The notes under the pieces: model-generated
Seen by the model: the letters and a program-made list of their open reading frames with translations, nothing else
Databases searched by the model: none
Told to the model about the DNA's origin: nothing
From: a virus
IMG/VR virus record: IMGVR_UViG_3300022743_000002
Span: 23,751-87,750 of that record
Reading direction: 5' to 3' (one strand)
Length of the DNA stretch: 64,000 nucleotides
Translations under genes and position numbers: made by a program
Shown here: one piece after another, positions 45,135 through 55,135 of the stretch
How the letters are laid out: every line of letters starts with the position of its first letter
Numbering within the stretch: position 1 is the stretch's first letter

Positions 45135-45359
45135 GTGTCATTAGAAGATGTAGCGCAAGACCACGAAATTCGCATGTGGGAACAAGTGAACGCACCACGA
45201 CCAGATCGCCCAGTGTATGAGCCAGGCAAGCCCGGCTACGGCCCTGAATGCTGCGTAGAGTGTGATGACGGTATGCCAGAACTCCGGCGCCGAGACGGTC
45301 GCCAGCTGTGCACGGCCTGCCAGTCAGCGGTTGAGCTCGCCGCTACCAGGAGGCGGTGA
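45135..45359 (+). CDS. TraR/DksA C4 zinc-finger protein
   Basis: GAGGA SD with GTG start; EDVAQ...CVECDDGMPELRR....LCTACQ. Confidence 0.82.
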   Translation: MSLEDVAQDHEIRMWEQVNAPRPDRPVYEPGKPGYGPECCVECDDGMPELRRRDGRQLCTACQSAVELAATRRR

Positions 45360-45833
45360 TTTTGGCCATGCGTCAATCAAGGTTTTGACGTCGCTGGCAT
45401 GCCGCTCAGCTTTTTCCGCCATGCCTTGATATCGTCTTGAGCAGTCAGCGAGTACGGCTGAGACGGCATCGCTTCGCTCAACGATGGCATCTCTGGATAA
45501 CTGATCGATATGTTGGCGAGCGGCGGACAAGTCGTCCCGCAAGCCGTCAGACTCAGTAGCAGCGGCAGCAGCAGCGCTGCGGAGTATTGCTTCGCGGTTT
45601 TTTGCTTCATTTTGGGCCTTTACAACGGCTTGAGATAATGTTGCCGCCTGGGTGGCTGCCTTTGCATTCGCGTCAGAAATCTCGACGCGCAGACTGGCGA
45701 CCTCAGACTGCGCATTGGCGGCATCGAGCTTTGCGATAAGGAGACCAGAAGTCAGGTACCCGCAAAGCACAGACATGGCGACGAGGGCGGCAACCAGGAC
45801 CCATCGCGGCACCAGATCCAGTAGCGCGATCAC
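45324..45833 (-). CDS. Rz: i-spanin (Rz-like)
   Basis: N-terminal transmembrane segment, Ala-rich coiled coil, downstream of the endolysin. Confidence 0.82.
   Translation of the reverse strand: MIALLDLVPRWVLVAALVAMSVLCGYLTSGLLIAKLDAANAQSEVASLRVEISDANAKAATQAATLSQAVVKAQNEAKNREAILRSAAAAAATESDGLRDDLSAARQHIDQLSRDAIVERSDAVSAVLADCSRRYQGMAEKAERHASDVKTLIDAWPKSPPPGSGELNR
45377..45610 (-). CDS. Rz1: o-spanin lipoprotein (Rz1-like), embedded in Rz
   Basis: Signal peptide with lipobox LTAC; Pro-rich; alternative frame. Confidence 0.8.
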   Translation of the reverse strand: MKQKTAKQYSAALLLPLLLSLTACGTTCPPLANISISYPEMPSLSEAMPSQPYSLTAQDDIKAWRKKLSGMPATSKP

Positions 45834-46447
45834 CCCAGCACCTCGCGAGCCGCATCGGTGATGGCCTGTCGATCGTCTAGCCCAATAGAGCCACCATTCA
45901 CGCGCCTGGTGACCTTTGCGACGTCACCAAGAATGCCGTCGGGTATGTGCCCTTCCCACCAAGCAACGCAGACACGCAAGGCATCGGCCGTTGGTCGGCG
46001 TAGTAGGTCCGGGTTGTCGTAGACGGGTATCCCGGTTACGGCCTGGACGGCACGCAGGTTATCGGCTCCAGTGATCTGGATGAGGCCGGATCCACGGTTG
46101 CGCCAGCCGTCGCCCGGCTTTGTGTTGCCCATACGGCCGCCATAAACCTTATTGGCCAATGCCTCTGGGTTGCGAGCGTATGGCGCCGCAGCGGACACTG
46201 ACGGGAACCTGGATGGCCACACCTGGCATAATCGCTCGGCACTGTAGCTTAGACTCTCCTCAAGGTGTTCCAGGTGCCCACTTTCGTGCAGCACCTGCCC
46301 AAGGAAGTCCTCCAGGTCTTTGTCGCCAGCACTGAACACGCCATCGACAATCACCTCAGAAAACGCCGGCGCCCAGGCTGTTGCTGTGGCGGGTTTCACG
46401 CCAAGCTGAATCAGAATCTCGAACCATTCGTCAAAAGTGCGCGTCAT
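45830..46447 (-). CDS. GH19-family endolysin
   Basis: FLGQVLHESG, EESLSYS, ALANKVY..RMGN, GDGW..RG.GLIQITG, TRRVNGG. Confidence 0.9.
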   Translation of the reverse strand: MTRTFDEWFEILIQLGVKPATATAWAPAFSEVIVDGVFSAGDKDLEDFLGQVLHESGHLEHLEESLSYSAERLCQVWPSRFPSVSAAAPYARNPEALANKVYGGRMGNTKPGDGWRNRGSGLIQITGADNLRAVQAVTGIPVYDNPDLLRRPTADALRVCVAWWEGHIPDGILGDVAKVTRRVNGGSIGLDDRQAITDAAREVLG

Positions 46448-46457
46448 AGGAAATCCT

Positions 46458-46793
46458 CTATTGAGGCGGAGGAACAATTTTCACGTCTTTGATCACACTC
46501 AGGCCGCTGCTAACAGCTCGACCAAGAACAAAAAGGCCACCAAATAGACCCGCATACCATTCAGTGATTTTGTCGTGAAGTACAAGCGTAACAAATCCCC
46601 ACGACATTAAAGATAGCGCCGTCATGTACCCAATTTTCTCGACGCTTATTTTTCCGGTGACGCTATCCAGCAGGCACTGCTGCAGGTTAAATGAGTTATC
46701 TGACAGGTGCCAGTACCAGACGACCGCAATCACCAAGATGACCAGCACAAGTAGCGAAATTGACGATGGGTCGATTGACTTTAGTAATTCCAT
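46458..46793 (-). CDS. Probable holin (3 TM)
   Basis: Three hydrophobic segments; directly upstream of the endolysin. Confidence 0.6.
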   Translation of the reverse strand: MELLKSIDPSSISLLVLVILVIAVVWYWHLSDNSFNLQQCLLDSVTGKISVEKIGYMTALSLMSWGFVTLVLHDKITEWYAGLFGGLFVLGRAVSSGLSVIKDVKIVPPPQ

Positions 46794-46796
46794 AAA

Positions 46797-47102
46797 TCAG
46801 GTCTGTGACTTTAACGGGCAGTCATTACACTGGCCGGGCTTGGCTCTTAAAGCATCCATCTGGTCATAAGTCGCAGCCATCTTATCTCTGAGACTTGATA
46901 GGTCATCGGCAAGCTGCTTATTCTGGCCCATCAAACTTTTGAGGTGGTCCTGCTGAAGACGGCTCATTGAGGTCGTTGATTCAACATCGACCTTTTTCCA
47001 ATGGATATAGATGGCAAAAACAACCGATAACCCACCCAAAACACTTGCAATGCCAGCGGATCCGTTGTTGGAGAGTAATTTGAGTAAATCAATCACCTCC
47101 AT
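46797..47102 (-). CDS. 1-TM plus coiled-coil protein (holin/antiholin candidate)
   Basis: Hydrophobic N-terminus, heptad C-terminus. Confidence 0.6.
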   Translation of the reverse strand: MEVIDLLKLLSNNGSAGIASVLGGLSVVFAIYIHWKKVDVESTTSMSRLQQDHLKSLMGQNKQLADDLSSLRDKMAATYDQMDALRAKPGQCNDCPLKSQT

Positions 47103-47470
47103 ATCGGTTCCCGGCGAAGCATATTGATGTTGATGACAAACCCGTACAGGTTCCCGATACCCAATGTGAAGGTGGCAAAATCAGATGGCGACGGGCTGCC
47201 GTCAGCGCATGATAGCCAGACCCAAAAAATCCCGGAAACCCAGGCGAGAATACACCTCAAAACCTCAGCGGAGGGATGGATAACCAGGCTCCAGAATTGC
47301 AGCATCCCGATCAGCGCCAGACACGTCACCCAGAACGGGAGATTGTGGGCGGTCATTAGGGTGTCGACGTTGACAATATGGCCGCCGATACCCGCGCTCA
47401 TCATCATCATCGCCCAGGCTGAGGCTATCTCAACCGTTCGCGAATCCTGGGGGAGCATGTTGCTGATCAT
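47093..47470 (-). CDS. Multi-TM membrane protein
   Basis: About four hydrophobic segments; coupled. Confidence 0.65.
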   Translation of the reverse strand: MISNMLPQDSRTVEIASAWAMMMMSAGIGGHIVNVDTLMTAHNLPFWVTCLALIGMLQFWSLVIHPSAEVLRCILAWVSGIFWVWLSCADGSPSPSDFATFTLGIGNLYGFVININMLRREPIWR

Positions 47471-47742
47471 TTGCGGCCAATCGCATGAATCAGGAAAGCG
47501 CCCATCACAGTCGCGTTAAACGCAGTCCATAGATTATTGACCCATTCCGGATCATCCGTGCCGCCGCCGGTCAGCGTCGAATACCAGCTCGTCTGAGCAA
47601 CGATCAGCATGATCGCCGACAACGTTGCCAGCACAAGCAAGATCCGGTCGTGAAGTCTGCGGGCTTTGGTGTACGCGGTCGACGAAAATATGGCGACCGC
47701 AAAGGCCATCGCAACCGGTAATAGCTCAAAAAGTGTTTTCAT
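47467..47742 (-). CDS. 3-TM membrane protein
   Basis: First gene after the late promoter. Confidence 0.65.
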   Translation of the reverse strand: MKTLFELLPVAMAFAVAIFSSTAYTKARRLHDRILLVLATLSAIMLIVAQTSWYSTLTGGGTDDPEWVNNLWTAFNATVMGAFLIHAIGRK

Positions 47743-47774
47743 TTGGGTTGTAACTCTAGCCGCGAAGCTGACTC

Positions 47775-47790
47775 ATTATTCCGTCACGAC
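47775..47790 (-). promoter_or_regulatory. Putative late promoter GTCGTGA-CGG-AATAAT (lysis operon)
   Basis: Motif copy in an intergenic gap. Confidence 0.75.
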
Positions 47791-47798
47791 AACCAAGA

Positions 47799-48356
47799 TC
47801 ATGTCTTGATAATGTGGTTGAGAACCAGCGTCGGCTGGGTGATCGGGTGCGCCGACCCTCCGCCAGTGTTGGCGTTGGTGTTCATTGTTACGCCACCCGA
47901 TGAGTCGGCAATCGTCTCGCTGCCGCCTGCCGTTGTGTTTCGGCTACCAAGGGCAACGATTGAGTGCGTGTGCGCCGGTATCTGCGCCGACGTGAGTGTG
48001 TGCGTCTGAGAACCACCAGCTGCACCAAGCGTCGCGCCGTCCACCCCTGAGCCTGCCGTGGTAAGCCGGCTAGCTGCCGTCCCGCCCATATCATCCTTGC
48101 CGCCAGGTACGCGGCCACGCATGTCCGGGAGGTTAAACGTCGTGCTGCCGTCTCCAGCGCCAAACGCGACCCCGATCGCGGTAAAAAGGTCGACATACGT
48201 GGTGCGACTTACCGCCTGCCCGTAGCACAGCAGCCACCCGCTTGGCGCGGTGGATCCAGCAAAAGGAAGGACGACACCGGCTGGTGCGCCGCCGAGAGAC
48301 GGGTCAACGGTAACGCCAGCCCCGAACAAAGATGAAATTTTTGAAGCAAGACTCAT
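47799..48356 (-). CDS. Tail collar domain protein
   Basis: PAGVVLPFAGSTAPSGWLLCYGQAVSRTTY..LF.AIG...GDGSTTFNLPDMRGR. Confidence 0.9.
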   Translation of the reverse strand: MSLASKISSLFGAGVTVDPSLGGAPAGVVLPFAGSTAPSGWLLCYGQAVSRTTYVDLFTAIGVAFGAGDGSTTFNLPDMRGRVPGGKDDMGGTAASRLTTAGSGVDGATLGAAGGSQTHTLTSAQIPAHTHSIVALGSRNTTAGGSETIADSSGGVTMNTNANTGGGSAHPITQPTLVLNHIIKT

Positions 48357-48367
48357 ACAACTCCAAT

Positions 48368-48721
48368 TTACTGGCAGTGACTGCCAAGAGGATCAAAAAC
48401 GTCGAGAAGATTGTTGCAGACGGCCCGGGCGAGCGATCGGCGCCAGCCATGACCATCTTTGATGTGGCGTGAGAGTCGGTGGGTCACCAGCTCAAGTGGC
48501 GCGCGCGGGATCTCCAGGAAAAACAGGCTTGCCAGCGTCCAATTCGACACAAGGTCGACAGCGTAACCGGTCACCAGCGCCGGCCCGGCAAGACACAGCG
48601 GGATACCCTTGAGGCGGCCCTGCAGGAAAGCGCGGTATAGCCCCATGACAAGAATGTATAGGTACCAAAAAACCAGCAGCCAAATGCACACCCAACCAAC
48701 AGAGACGAGCAAGGCGTCCAC
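48368..48721 (-). CDS. Hypothetical membrane protein
   Basis: D...NWT...F.E.P...LVT.RL.R...LLD.FDP.G.HC pattern. Confidence 0.7.
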   Translation of the reverse strand: MDALLVSVGWVCIWLLVFWYLYILVMGLYRAFLQGRLKGIPLCLAGPALVTGYAVDLVSNWTLASLFFLEIPRAPLELVTHRLSRHIKDGHGWRRSLARAVCNNLLDVFDPLGSHCQ

Positions 48722-48722
48722 C

Positions 48723-49289
48723 TCACATCCCCAACTCAGCACGCAAATCAGGCACGCTGTGCGGGATTGGGCCGAGACCAGCGAAGTCGTGGTCATCGAC
48801 GCTAGTGGCCGTCACCAAGGCCTTGCGCTGGTAGTAGGCGTCCCATACCGACGACGACCAGGCCGTCACGGCAAGCGCCTTGGGTTTACCCTGGATCACG
48901 CCAATGGTTAGCAGACCAACGGCAACTCCAGAAATAAATCCCGATGTATAGGCATCAGCGGCCCGCCAAAGAGCGTCCTGCTTTGCGGCCACGGCAGCGG
49001 CATCAGCGGCCAACCTGGTGGCACGCTGATCTGCCGTCAGCGCCACGATAGACCACTGCTGCTCCCATTGTTGCTTGGCTGCGTTGTACGCCGGCTGGGC
49101 CTCGATTACAGACTGCGTTAGCGGGTCATAAGCTGGCTGCCCTTTGACAACAACTATTGCCACGCCATAGGCGGCTAGGTCGCTTGGCGATAGTTGCGCC
49201 GGGAAGCTCGTATTGGGGTTCGCTTCTTTCAGGTCATTGATGGCATACGGGTACTGCTCCACCGCGCCGTTCTTGATAAGTGCGTACAT
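48723..49289 (-). CDS. Tail fibre assembly/chaperone-like protein
   Basis: YPY...L...NPNTSFP...PAYDPLTQ...W.Q.W. Confidence 0.7.
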   Translation of the reverse strand: MYALIKNGAVEQYPYAINDLKEANPNTSFPAQLSPSDLAAYGVAIVVVKGQPAYDPLTQSVIEAQPAYNAAKQQWEQQWSIVALTADQRATRLAADAAAVAAKQDALWRAADAYTSGFISGVAVGLLTIGVIQGKPKALAVTAWSSSVWDAYYQRKALVTATSVDDHDFAGLGPIPHSVPDLRAELGM

Positions 49290-49298
49290 ATTGAGTCC

Positions 49299-49952
49299 TT
49301 ATGCGGGTTTGATGGTGAGCATGATGGCTGCGGTGTTGGCTGTACCGGCGGCGGTCCCACCCTTCGTGAACGACCTTGTTCCAGTCGCTCCAGATCCGAC
49401 GGTTTCATCAAAAATGGCGTATGACGGTGATGTACCATCGTTATCGGTGACTCGGTTTGTCATTGATCCTGGTGCTGTGTAGTTGGCGTTCGCTGATGCC
49501 ATCGCCGCAATGCCAATCAACTTTGAATTATTTGCTGACGCCGCCGGGCCGGTCGGCACTAGAGGATCTGCGGTGAGTGCAAATGCACCAATAGTGTCGT
49601 AAGCGGCGCCGCGATAAGTGAGGATCGATCCTGATAAACCGCCGCTGTTGGCGTTGGTGAATGTATAAGATGCGCCCTCTGATGAGCCGGCAACTTTATA
49701 GGCGATGCGCGTGCTCGGGCTATTGCTGCCCTGGTCGGCAATTTCAGTCCATCCTGTGTCACCCGTCCAGGTGGTGGCGCTATTGCCCGCCATAAACGCT
49801 ATCATCAAGTCGCCATTGATCGTCCCGGCGGGCTTATTGATGACAAGCGTGGTTCCGTTGGTCCCATTCTGAGTGCTTGCTGCGGCAATGAATTGAGGCG
49901 GCGCGACACTTCCGCCAGCTGCAGCTATCAACGACTGCATCAACGCACTCAT
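49299..49952 (-). CDS. Tail fibre-associated/receptor-binding protein
   Basis: Ala/Gly/Thr-rich beta composition; P.GT..GDL.IA motif. Confidence 0.65.
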   Translation of the reverse strand: MSALMQSLIAAAGGSVAPPQFIAAASTQNGTNGTTLVINKPAGTINGDLMIAFMAGNSATTWTGDTGWTEIADQGSNSPSTRIAYKVAGSSEGASYTFTNANSGGLSGSILTYRGAAYDTIGAFALTADPLVPTGPAASANNSKLIGIAAMASANANYTAPGSMTNRVTDNDGTSPSYAIFDETVGSGATGTRSFTKGGTAAGTANTAAIMLTIKPA

Positions 49953-51418
49953 ACCAATTTCCCGTACAGAGTTGTGCCACCGTCGTCAGACCAGAAGACG
50001 CCAAAGTCAGTGCCGCTGACCTGGAGCGAAGACCGGCCGATCGCGGTTAGGTAAGTGGCGAACGTCGTTGTGAATCCACCAGCGGGCAGCTGCCAATTGA
50101 TCGTTGGCAGCGTCACGGTAGCGGCGCCCCAGTTGACCATCTTAATCATGACGGTTTCGACGCTCCCGGTCGCCGGCCAGTTACTGAAGGCTATCGTTAG
50201 CGCCCCAGACACCTGCAGCCGCTGGAACCCGCCAGATGAAGCGTCGAAGGTTACGGTTCCTGTTCCGACCGTGCCCTTGTCGATCATCGGCATTGCGGCG
50301 GCCGGAATGATTTGACGCGCAGCAGCTCGGGAGTAGGACACAAGCCGCACCACGCCGGCTGCGTATCCACGGAACACAGCGAAGTCGCCCGCGGCGGTCA
50401 CGATATTTCCGCCGCCAAGAAGCACCAGTGATGCGCCGTTTGTGAGTGTCAGAGCCCCCGTGAATCGCACGGTTCGCTCAGCACCATCAGCCAGCGTAAT
50501 TGCCGTAATCGCCGTTGAACCGGTGACGTCCACCAGGTTTCCTGTGGCCGTCGTCAGGTTGATTGTTCCGGCGCTGGCAATGTCGGTTCCGTGCGCTTCA
50601 TTCAGGGCGCCGGTCAGCGTGTCGCCGGACTTCTGCACCATGCCGGAGTTTGCCAACACAGCCCACTTGCGCAGCAGGATGGTGTCGGTGGTCTGGCACG
50701 GCGAAGTGGTGGTAAATGTTGTGCCGTTGGTGGCCGTGTAATCGTCACCGGCGCCATATAGCAGGACGCCGTTTTTATATATCTCGATCTGGTTTACCGT
50801 GTAACCGCCGGCGGGCGTGAATACAGTCTGGTTTGCCGTTGGCGTGATGGATAGCTCGGTAAAGCTGTTTGTGACACCGGACCCGGTTGCAGACAGCACG
50901 CCGGCGCCATCAATAGACAGGCCGGATCCTACCTTGACCTTGCCGGCCGTGCCGGCCGAAGCAGCCGGAATGGCATTCTGCGCACGTGTGTTCGTGAAAT
51001 ACAGATTGACCGACCCTTCCGTCAGGGAGTCGGTGGTGCCTGGCGATGGGCTGATTTCAACGTATGCGGAACCCGACCAGCGGTATGTTTTATTTGTGTC
51101 CAGGGCGACGTAGATGATGCCAGCCGAACCAGTGCCAGGGAATGCAGCAAGATTGGCGGCCTCGATGACGTCGTCAACGTAGGCTGGCAGCTGGGCTGAT
51201 GGGACCTTGCCACCTGAGTCGAGGCTAGCATATCCATTTGCGGCACCCCTTCCGGCTGCGTTTTCCGGCGTAAAACCCAACGTGGACTGCTTGCCAGCCA
51301 CGGCGGTATCAATAACCGTAAGTGCTGAGCGGAGACGGCTCACGTCGTCCGATAGCGCGTTATTTACGTTGGGCAGCGCCAGGCTTAGGTTCGACGTGCG
51401 GTCATCAATAATTGGCAT
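49949..51418 (-). CDS. Tail fibre protein
   Basis: GAANGYASLDSGGKVPSAQLPAYVDDV, YRWSGSAYV, TDSLTEGSVNLYFT. Confidence 0.85.
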   Translation of the reverse strand: MPIIDDRTSNLSLALPNVNNALSDDVSRLRSALTVIDTAVAGKQSTLGFTPENAAGRGAANGYASLDSGGKVPSAQLPAYVDDVIEAANLAAFPGTGSAGIIYVALDTNKTYRWSGSAYVEISPSPGTTDSLTEGSVNLYFTNTRAQNAIPAASAGTAGKVKVGSGLSIDGAGVLSATGSGVTNSFTELSITPTANQTVFTPAGGYTVNQIEIYKNGVLLYGAGDDYTATNGTTFTTTSPCQTTDTILLRKWAVLANSGMVQKSGDTLTGALNEAHGTDIASAGTINLTTATGNLVDVTGSTAITAITLADGAERTVRFTGALTLTNGASLVLLGGGNIVTAAGDFAVFRGYAAGVVRLVSYSRAAARQIIPAAAMPMIDKGTVGTGTVTFDASSGGFQRLQVSGALTIAFSNWPATGSVETVMIKMVNWGAATVTLPTINWQLPAGGFTTTFATYLTAIGRSSLQVSGTDFGVFWSDDGGTTLYGKLV

Positions 51419-51429
51419 GGTTTATGGCC

Positions 51430-54400
51430 TTACAAAACAATAACGCGCAGATCGCGCACACGCGGACGCGCAGCAGTAGTGCCGTTCAGCACCAGCTTAA
51501 TCTGGACGGTCAATTCGTTGATACCGGTCGCGGTGTGCTTGAACTCGGTAAATCCGTCGTCTGCAGGCGTGGTTACCGGCGATGTTATTGCGATCCAGGT
51601 GTCGCCTACGTCGGGACCCTTGTAATACACACCCACAGTTGCGCCACTCGGTACTACAGCCTCATAAATCACCTTGATCGTCACCGCGGACCCAGCCGGA
51701 ATAGCTCGACTCACGTAGTCGCCGCTCGTAGCAACCACGCCAGCCACAAGCTGTGACCCAGGGTGCAAGATTGGCGAAAAATCATTGGTGCCGTGCAGGT
51801 TAGCCGTCACCCCCACGTTTCCTGTAATGGCGGCGGCAAGCTGTACCGGCTGGCCGTCCGAAACCGTCACCACGGATGCGTCGGGAAGCGTAAGCGTGTA
51901 GTCAACACTGGTATCGCTCGCCGGGCGATCCGCGTATGACATTAGCAACAAATCAGTTACCCCGGTAACCGCCACGTTACCGAGATTAACCGCGTGACTT
52001 GTTTCCGTGTAGCTCGCGCTGAGTAAGCGGAAGGCCAGGTCCCGATCCTGGTGAGCCGTCCATGTACTTGCGTTGCTGCTGCTAAGGAGCACGCCGACCG
52101 TGTAGGGCTGGCTGGTGATCCATCGCTGAGCCACTGCATCGTACTTGCCAAGCTCAGCGACGGCCAGCGCTCCATCGGCGTCTAGGCAGAGCACAACGAT
52201 GGCGTACTCAACGCCACCAAGAAGCAGTACGGGCGCGCCAAATTGGACGCGGGTGTGGGTCCCGCCAACCAAGGCGGAGTTTGCGGCAATATGCGCCTCA
52301 GCAACAATTGTCTGATTTGGGATGCCGGCCGTGGTTTCGCGAATTTGAACGCTGGCCATGGTCGTTGGTGCCGTCGTAAACCACAAATCTACTGCCGATA
52401 TTTGAACATTTTGCTGAATTGAGAATGTCTGGGCAATAGGGTCGACCCTAACGTAAGGGTTAGTTGGCGGCGGCGGCGGCGGCGGCGAATTCCAGCGCGT
52501 TTCAGTGACAATGGTCTCTCGTTGCCATGTCTGGCGCTCCAGTGTCCCCTGGCCAGAGAATGTTGCCTCGCCTCGCCTCTGAAAGAGGACGTCTCTCGCA
52601 ATAACAGTTTTGGACCCGGATGGGATGCCCGCAGGGATCGTGAAGGATCCTGTGACGATGCCGCCAGCGGAAGCAACGGGCGCGGTTGGCGATATTGGCA
52701 CAACAATGCCATCGAACATTATGCTGTCCAATGTCTCGCCAGGCGCGAACCCGGAAATGGAGAAGTTGACTGCTATTGGACGCAATGTCTCAATTGCAGA
52801 AAAACTCGTCGATAGCAGAGCCTTTCGCTTTGCCAAGGATACTGACGATTGATTTCCGGATCCAACAATACGGAATCGACGTGTAATGGCGCTGGACCAG
52901 TTGGTCTCGACAACCGTCCAGCGGTCCACGGCTGGGGATAGCTTTATGTTCGCCGGGAGCGGAATAAACGCCATGTATGGGTTTATCTTCATGTTTCCCG
53001 TGCGCAGGCTTTGCTCCAGCGTGATTACGCCAGAGTAGCTGCACGACGTTGGCCCGGTGACGTCTGACGTCATCTGTTTGATGGTGGCCGAAATTGGCAG
53101 CAACAACTCACCAAGCACTATGGCTGCAGTCTGACTTGTGCCCGCATCCCGCTGAGTGTCGTCTAAGAATGGGTCGGTAAATAGCCCCTTTTTTGTCCCA
53201 CCTTCGCGGGTATGAATGTCTGACTCCAGTCGCTGCTGTGCAATCAGCTGCATAACCAGGTCAAACCGTCCATCGATACTAGCCAAAACAGGCATTGGAA
53301 CAACACGGACGCCGTCGTTTACAACCGAGCGGTTGGCGTCCCATGTTTGGTAGACGCTGGCGAGCGGCAACAGGTCGCCAGGTACGCTTGGTGACTGAGG
53401 ATTGAACTCGGAAGCCACACCAATCAGCCAAACAGTATCTCCGTCGGAGTCCAGGCACAGCCGATCGATGCGCGGCAGCATCTGGCTGTAGCTCGCCAAT
53501 ATCAGGGTTCCAACAACAGCCCCGGTCACAGTGAAACCACCGGAATCTACGGCGGTCGGAGTTACGGTAGTGATGTACTGGTACTTGACGGTGTAAGTAG
53601 ATCCCGGGGCGGGCTCAGCGCCAGCTGGGGACCAATTCACCTTACTTGAAGTCAGCAGGTAGTCGGTTGTTGCCGCATAGGTTGTTGCGCCCTGCTTGAC
53701 CTCCAGGATGGTCAAAACCGATGTGTCGGGAAGCGGGTCCTGTGCTCCGGTGGTAACTCCGTGGGTGAGCGTTACCGTCTTTTCCGCCGTAATAGTCACC
53801 GACGTGATGTTTGTTCCTGGCGCGCGATCAAAGTCAAATCGCTGCGCAGCGGTCGTGGCGCTCAGCTGAGGCTCGCTGGTGATCGCCTTCAGGTCAGGCG
53901 TCGCCGATAGAAATACTCGCCGCGAAGTTCGCAGCTCGATGCCATTACCATAAACGCGGGCACGCCCCTCAGAGATGGAGTAAACCTGGTCGCCGGTGTC
54001 ATCCGGCATCTGCTTCACATTCAGCCCCGACACCACATACGTGCCGCCAGCGCTATCTCGATCGTATCGCGCCAAGGCCTGAGACACGGCGTCCAGATTT
54101 GGCGGCGCCTCCTTGGCGCCAAGCACAGCATTGGTCACCGAATAGACGGGGAAAAACTCGCCTGCGCCGCCGTCGCCGCTCCAGCCCCACTGGGAATGAG
54201 TCTTCAACCGCTCGGCGCCGGTCTCGTTGTAATTCCTGGTGCCGGTTGCGGGGTCGCGCAACGCAGGATCCTCCACCGCAGTAACGACGCTATCAATCAA
54301 GCGCACACCGATCGAAACAACGCCCGTCGTTGGAATTGTGAACGCGGAAGGCTGCACGCCGCGCACAGCCCCGCGCAGATAGATCGCGCCGGACGCGCAC

Positions 54401-54621
54401 CGCACAGCACCGGACGCCTCGTCCACAATTACCGAGCAGTCGCGAATAATGTCGCCATCCTTGAACAGAGAGTCGGCGATACCCCGCAATCGATTTGCTG
54501 AGGTCTTCTGAATCTCGTTCAACTCGGAGGACTGAAGTCCGCGACCGGCAATGAATAGATGCTCCTCGTACTCTTTTGTGGAATCCGAGCGGTCGAAATA
54601 GTTTGCTGGCAATGCTGTCAT
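51430..54621 (-). CDS. Large baseplate/tail structural protein (DUF4815-like)
   Basis: YFDR...GRGLQSSELNEIQ, FTDPF.D, DPIAQTF, GVLLSSSNASTWT. Confidence 0.8.
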   Translation of the reverse strand: MTALPANYFDRSDSTKEYEEHLFIAGRGLQSSELNEIQKTSANRLRGIADSLFKDGDIIRDCSVIVDEASGAVRCASGAIYLRGAVRGVQPSAFTIPTTGVVSIGVRLIDSVVTAVEDPALRDPATGTRNYNETGAERLKTHSQWGWSGDGGAGEFFPVYSVTNAVLGAKEAPPNLDAVSQALARYDRDSAGGTYVVSGLNVKQMPDDTGDQVYSISEGRARVYGNGIELRTSRRVFLSATPDLKAITSEPQLSATTAAQRFDFDRAPGTNITSVTITAEKTVTLTHGVTTGAQDPLPDTSVLTILEVKQGATTYAATTDYLLTSSKVNWSPAGAEPAPGSTYTVKYQYITTVTPTAVDSGGFTVTGAVVGTLILASYSQMLPRIDRLCLDSDGDTVWLIGVASEFNPQSPSVPGDLLPLASVYQTWDANRSVVNDGVRVVPMPVLASIDGRFDLVMQLIAQQRLESDIHTREGGTKKGLFTDPFLDDTQRDAGTSQTAAIVLGELLLPISATIKQMTSDVTGPTSCSYSGVITLEQSLRTGNMKINPYMAFIPLPANIKLSPAVDRWTVVETNWSSAITRRFRIVGSGNQSSVSLAKRKALLSTSFSAIETLRPIAVNFSISGFAPGETLDSIMFDGIVVPISPTAPVASAGGIVTGSFTIPAGIPSGSKTVIARDVLFQRRGEATFSGQGTLERQTWQRETIVTETRWNSPPPPPPPTNPYVRVDPIAQTFSIQQNVQISAVDLWFTTAPTTMASVQIRETTAGIPNQTIVAEAHIAANSALVGGTHTRVQFGAPVLLLGGVEYAIVVLCLDADGALAVAELGKYDAVAQRWITSQPYTVGVLLSSSNASTWTAHQDRDLAFRLLSASYTETSHAVNLGNVAVTGVTDLLLMSYADRPASDTSVDYTLTLPDASVVTVSDGQPVQLAAAITGNVGVTANLHGTNDFSPILHPGSQLVAGVVATSGDYVSRAIPAGSAVTIKVIYEAVVPSGATVGVYYKGPDVGDTWIAITSPVTTPADDGFTEFKHTATGINELTVQIKLVLNGTTAARPRVRDLRVIVL

Positions 54622-54628
54622 TGTGGCC

Positions 54629-55114
54629 TCAGAATGTGATCACGACTTCAAAGCTCTCGCGAATGGCTGGGGAGCGATAAATCGGAGCAAGGTGTTCAAG
54701 GTGTAGTAGGCGACCCTGAGTAAGGACGTTACCCGGGACGAAATACTGCTGCCCACCTGGAAGTCCGGCGTTCATCGTGGAATTGGAAAAAATGGCAATC
54801 TCACGAATAACGGAACTACTGGCGTCAGCGAAGTCGAACGACGTGCGGACGTACAAATTGCTGGTTGGTGAAACCGAGCGCGAAAATGTTCCGGTCGGAA
54901 GGACAATGTCGCCGGATACGTTAGGGGTCACAAACGCCACCTCTGTGGCAGTGCGGCGCCCAATCTCAGCCAGCAGAGCCGTGGCGTTGACGTCTTCAGG
55001 GACTTCGGTGGGCGTCATCCAAGCGCCGTTGCCGGTACCCCACGCCAGATGCAGCGGGCGCGCTGCCACTGACTCAGCGATAACTACGCGGCCAGATTTT
55101 GTGAGGATGGGCAT
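54629..55114 (-). CDS. Baseplate/tail fibre attachment protein
   Basis: HLAWGTG...LLAEIGRR...IREIAIF. Confidence 0.75.
   Translation of the reverse strand: MPILTKSGRVVIAESVAARPLHLAWGTGNGAWMTPTEVPEDVNATALLAEIGRRTATEVAFVTPNVSGDIVLPTGTFSRSVSPTSNLYVRTSFDFADASSSVIREIAIFSNSTMNAGLPGGQQYFVPGNVLTQGRLLHLEHLAPIYRSPAIRESFEVVITF
54631..54646 (-). promoter_or_regulatory. Putative late promoter GTCGTGA-TCA-CATTCT inside the 3' end of the upstream gene
   Basis: Motif copy; ATG at 54621 follows after 9 nt. Confidence 0.55.
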
Positions 55115-55135
55115 GCTCTAACTCCTTATGAGTGG

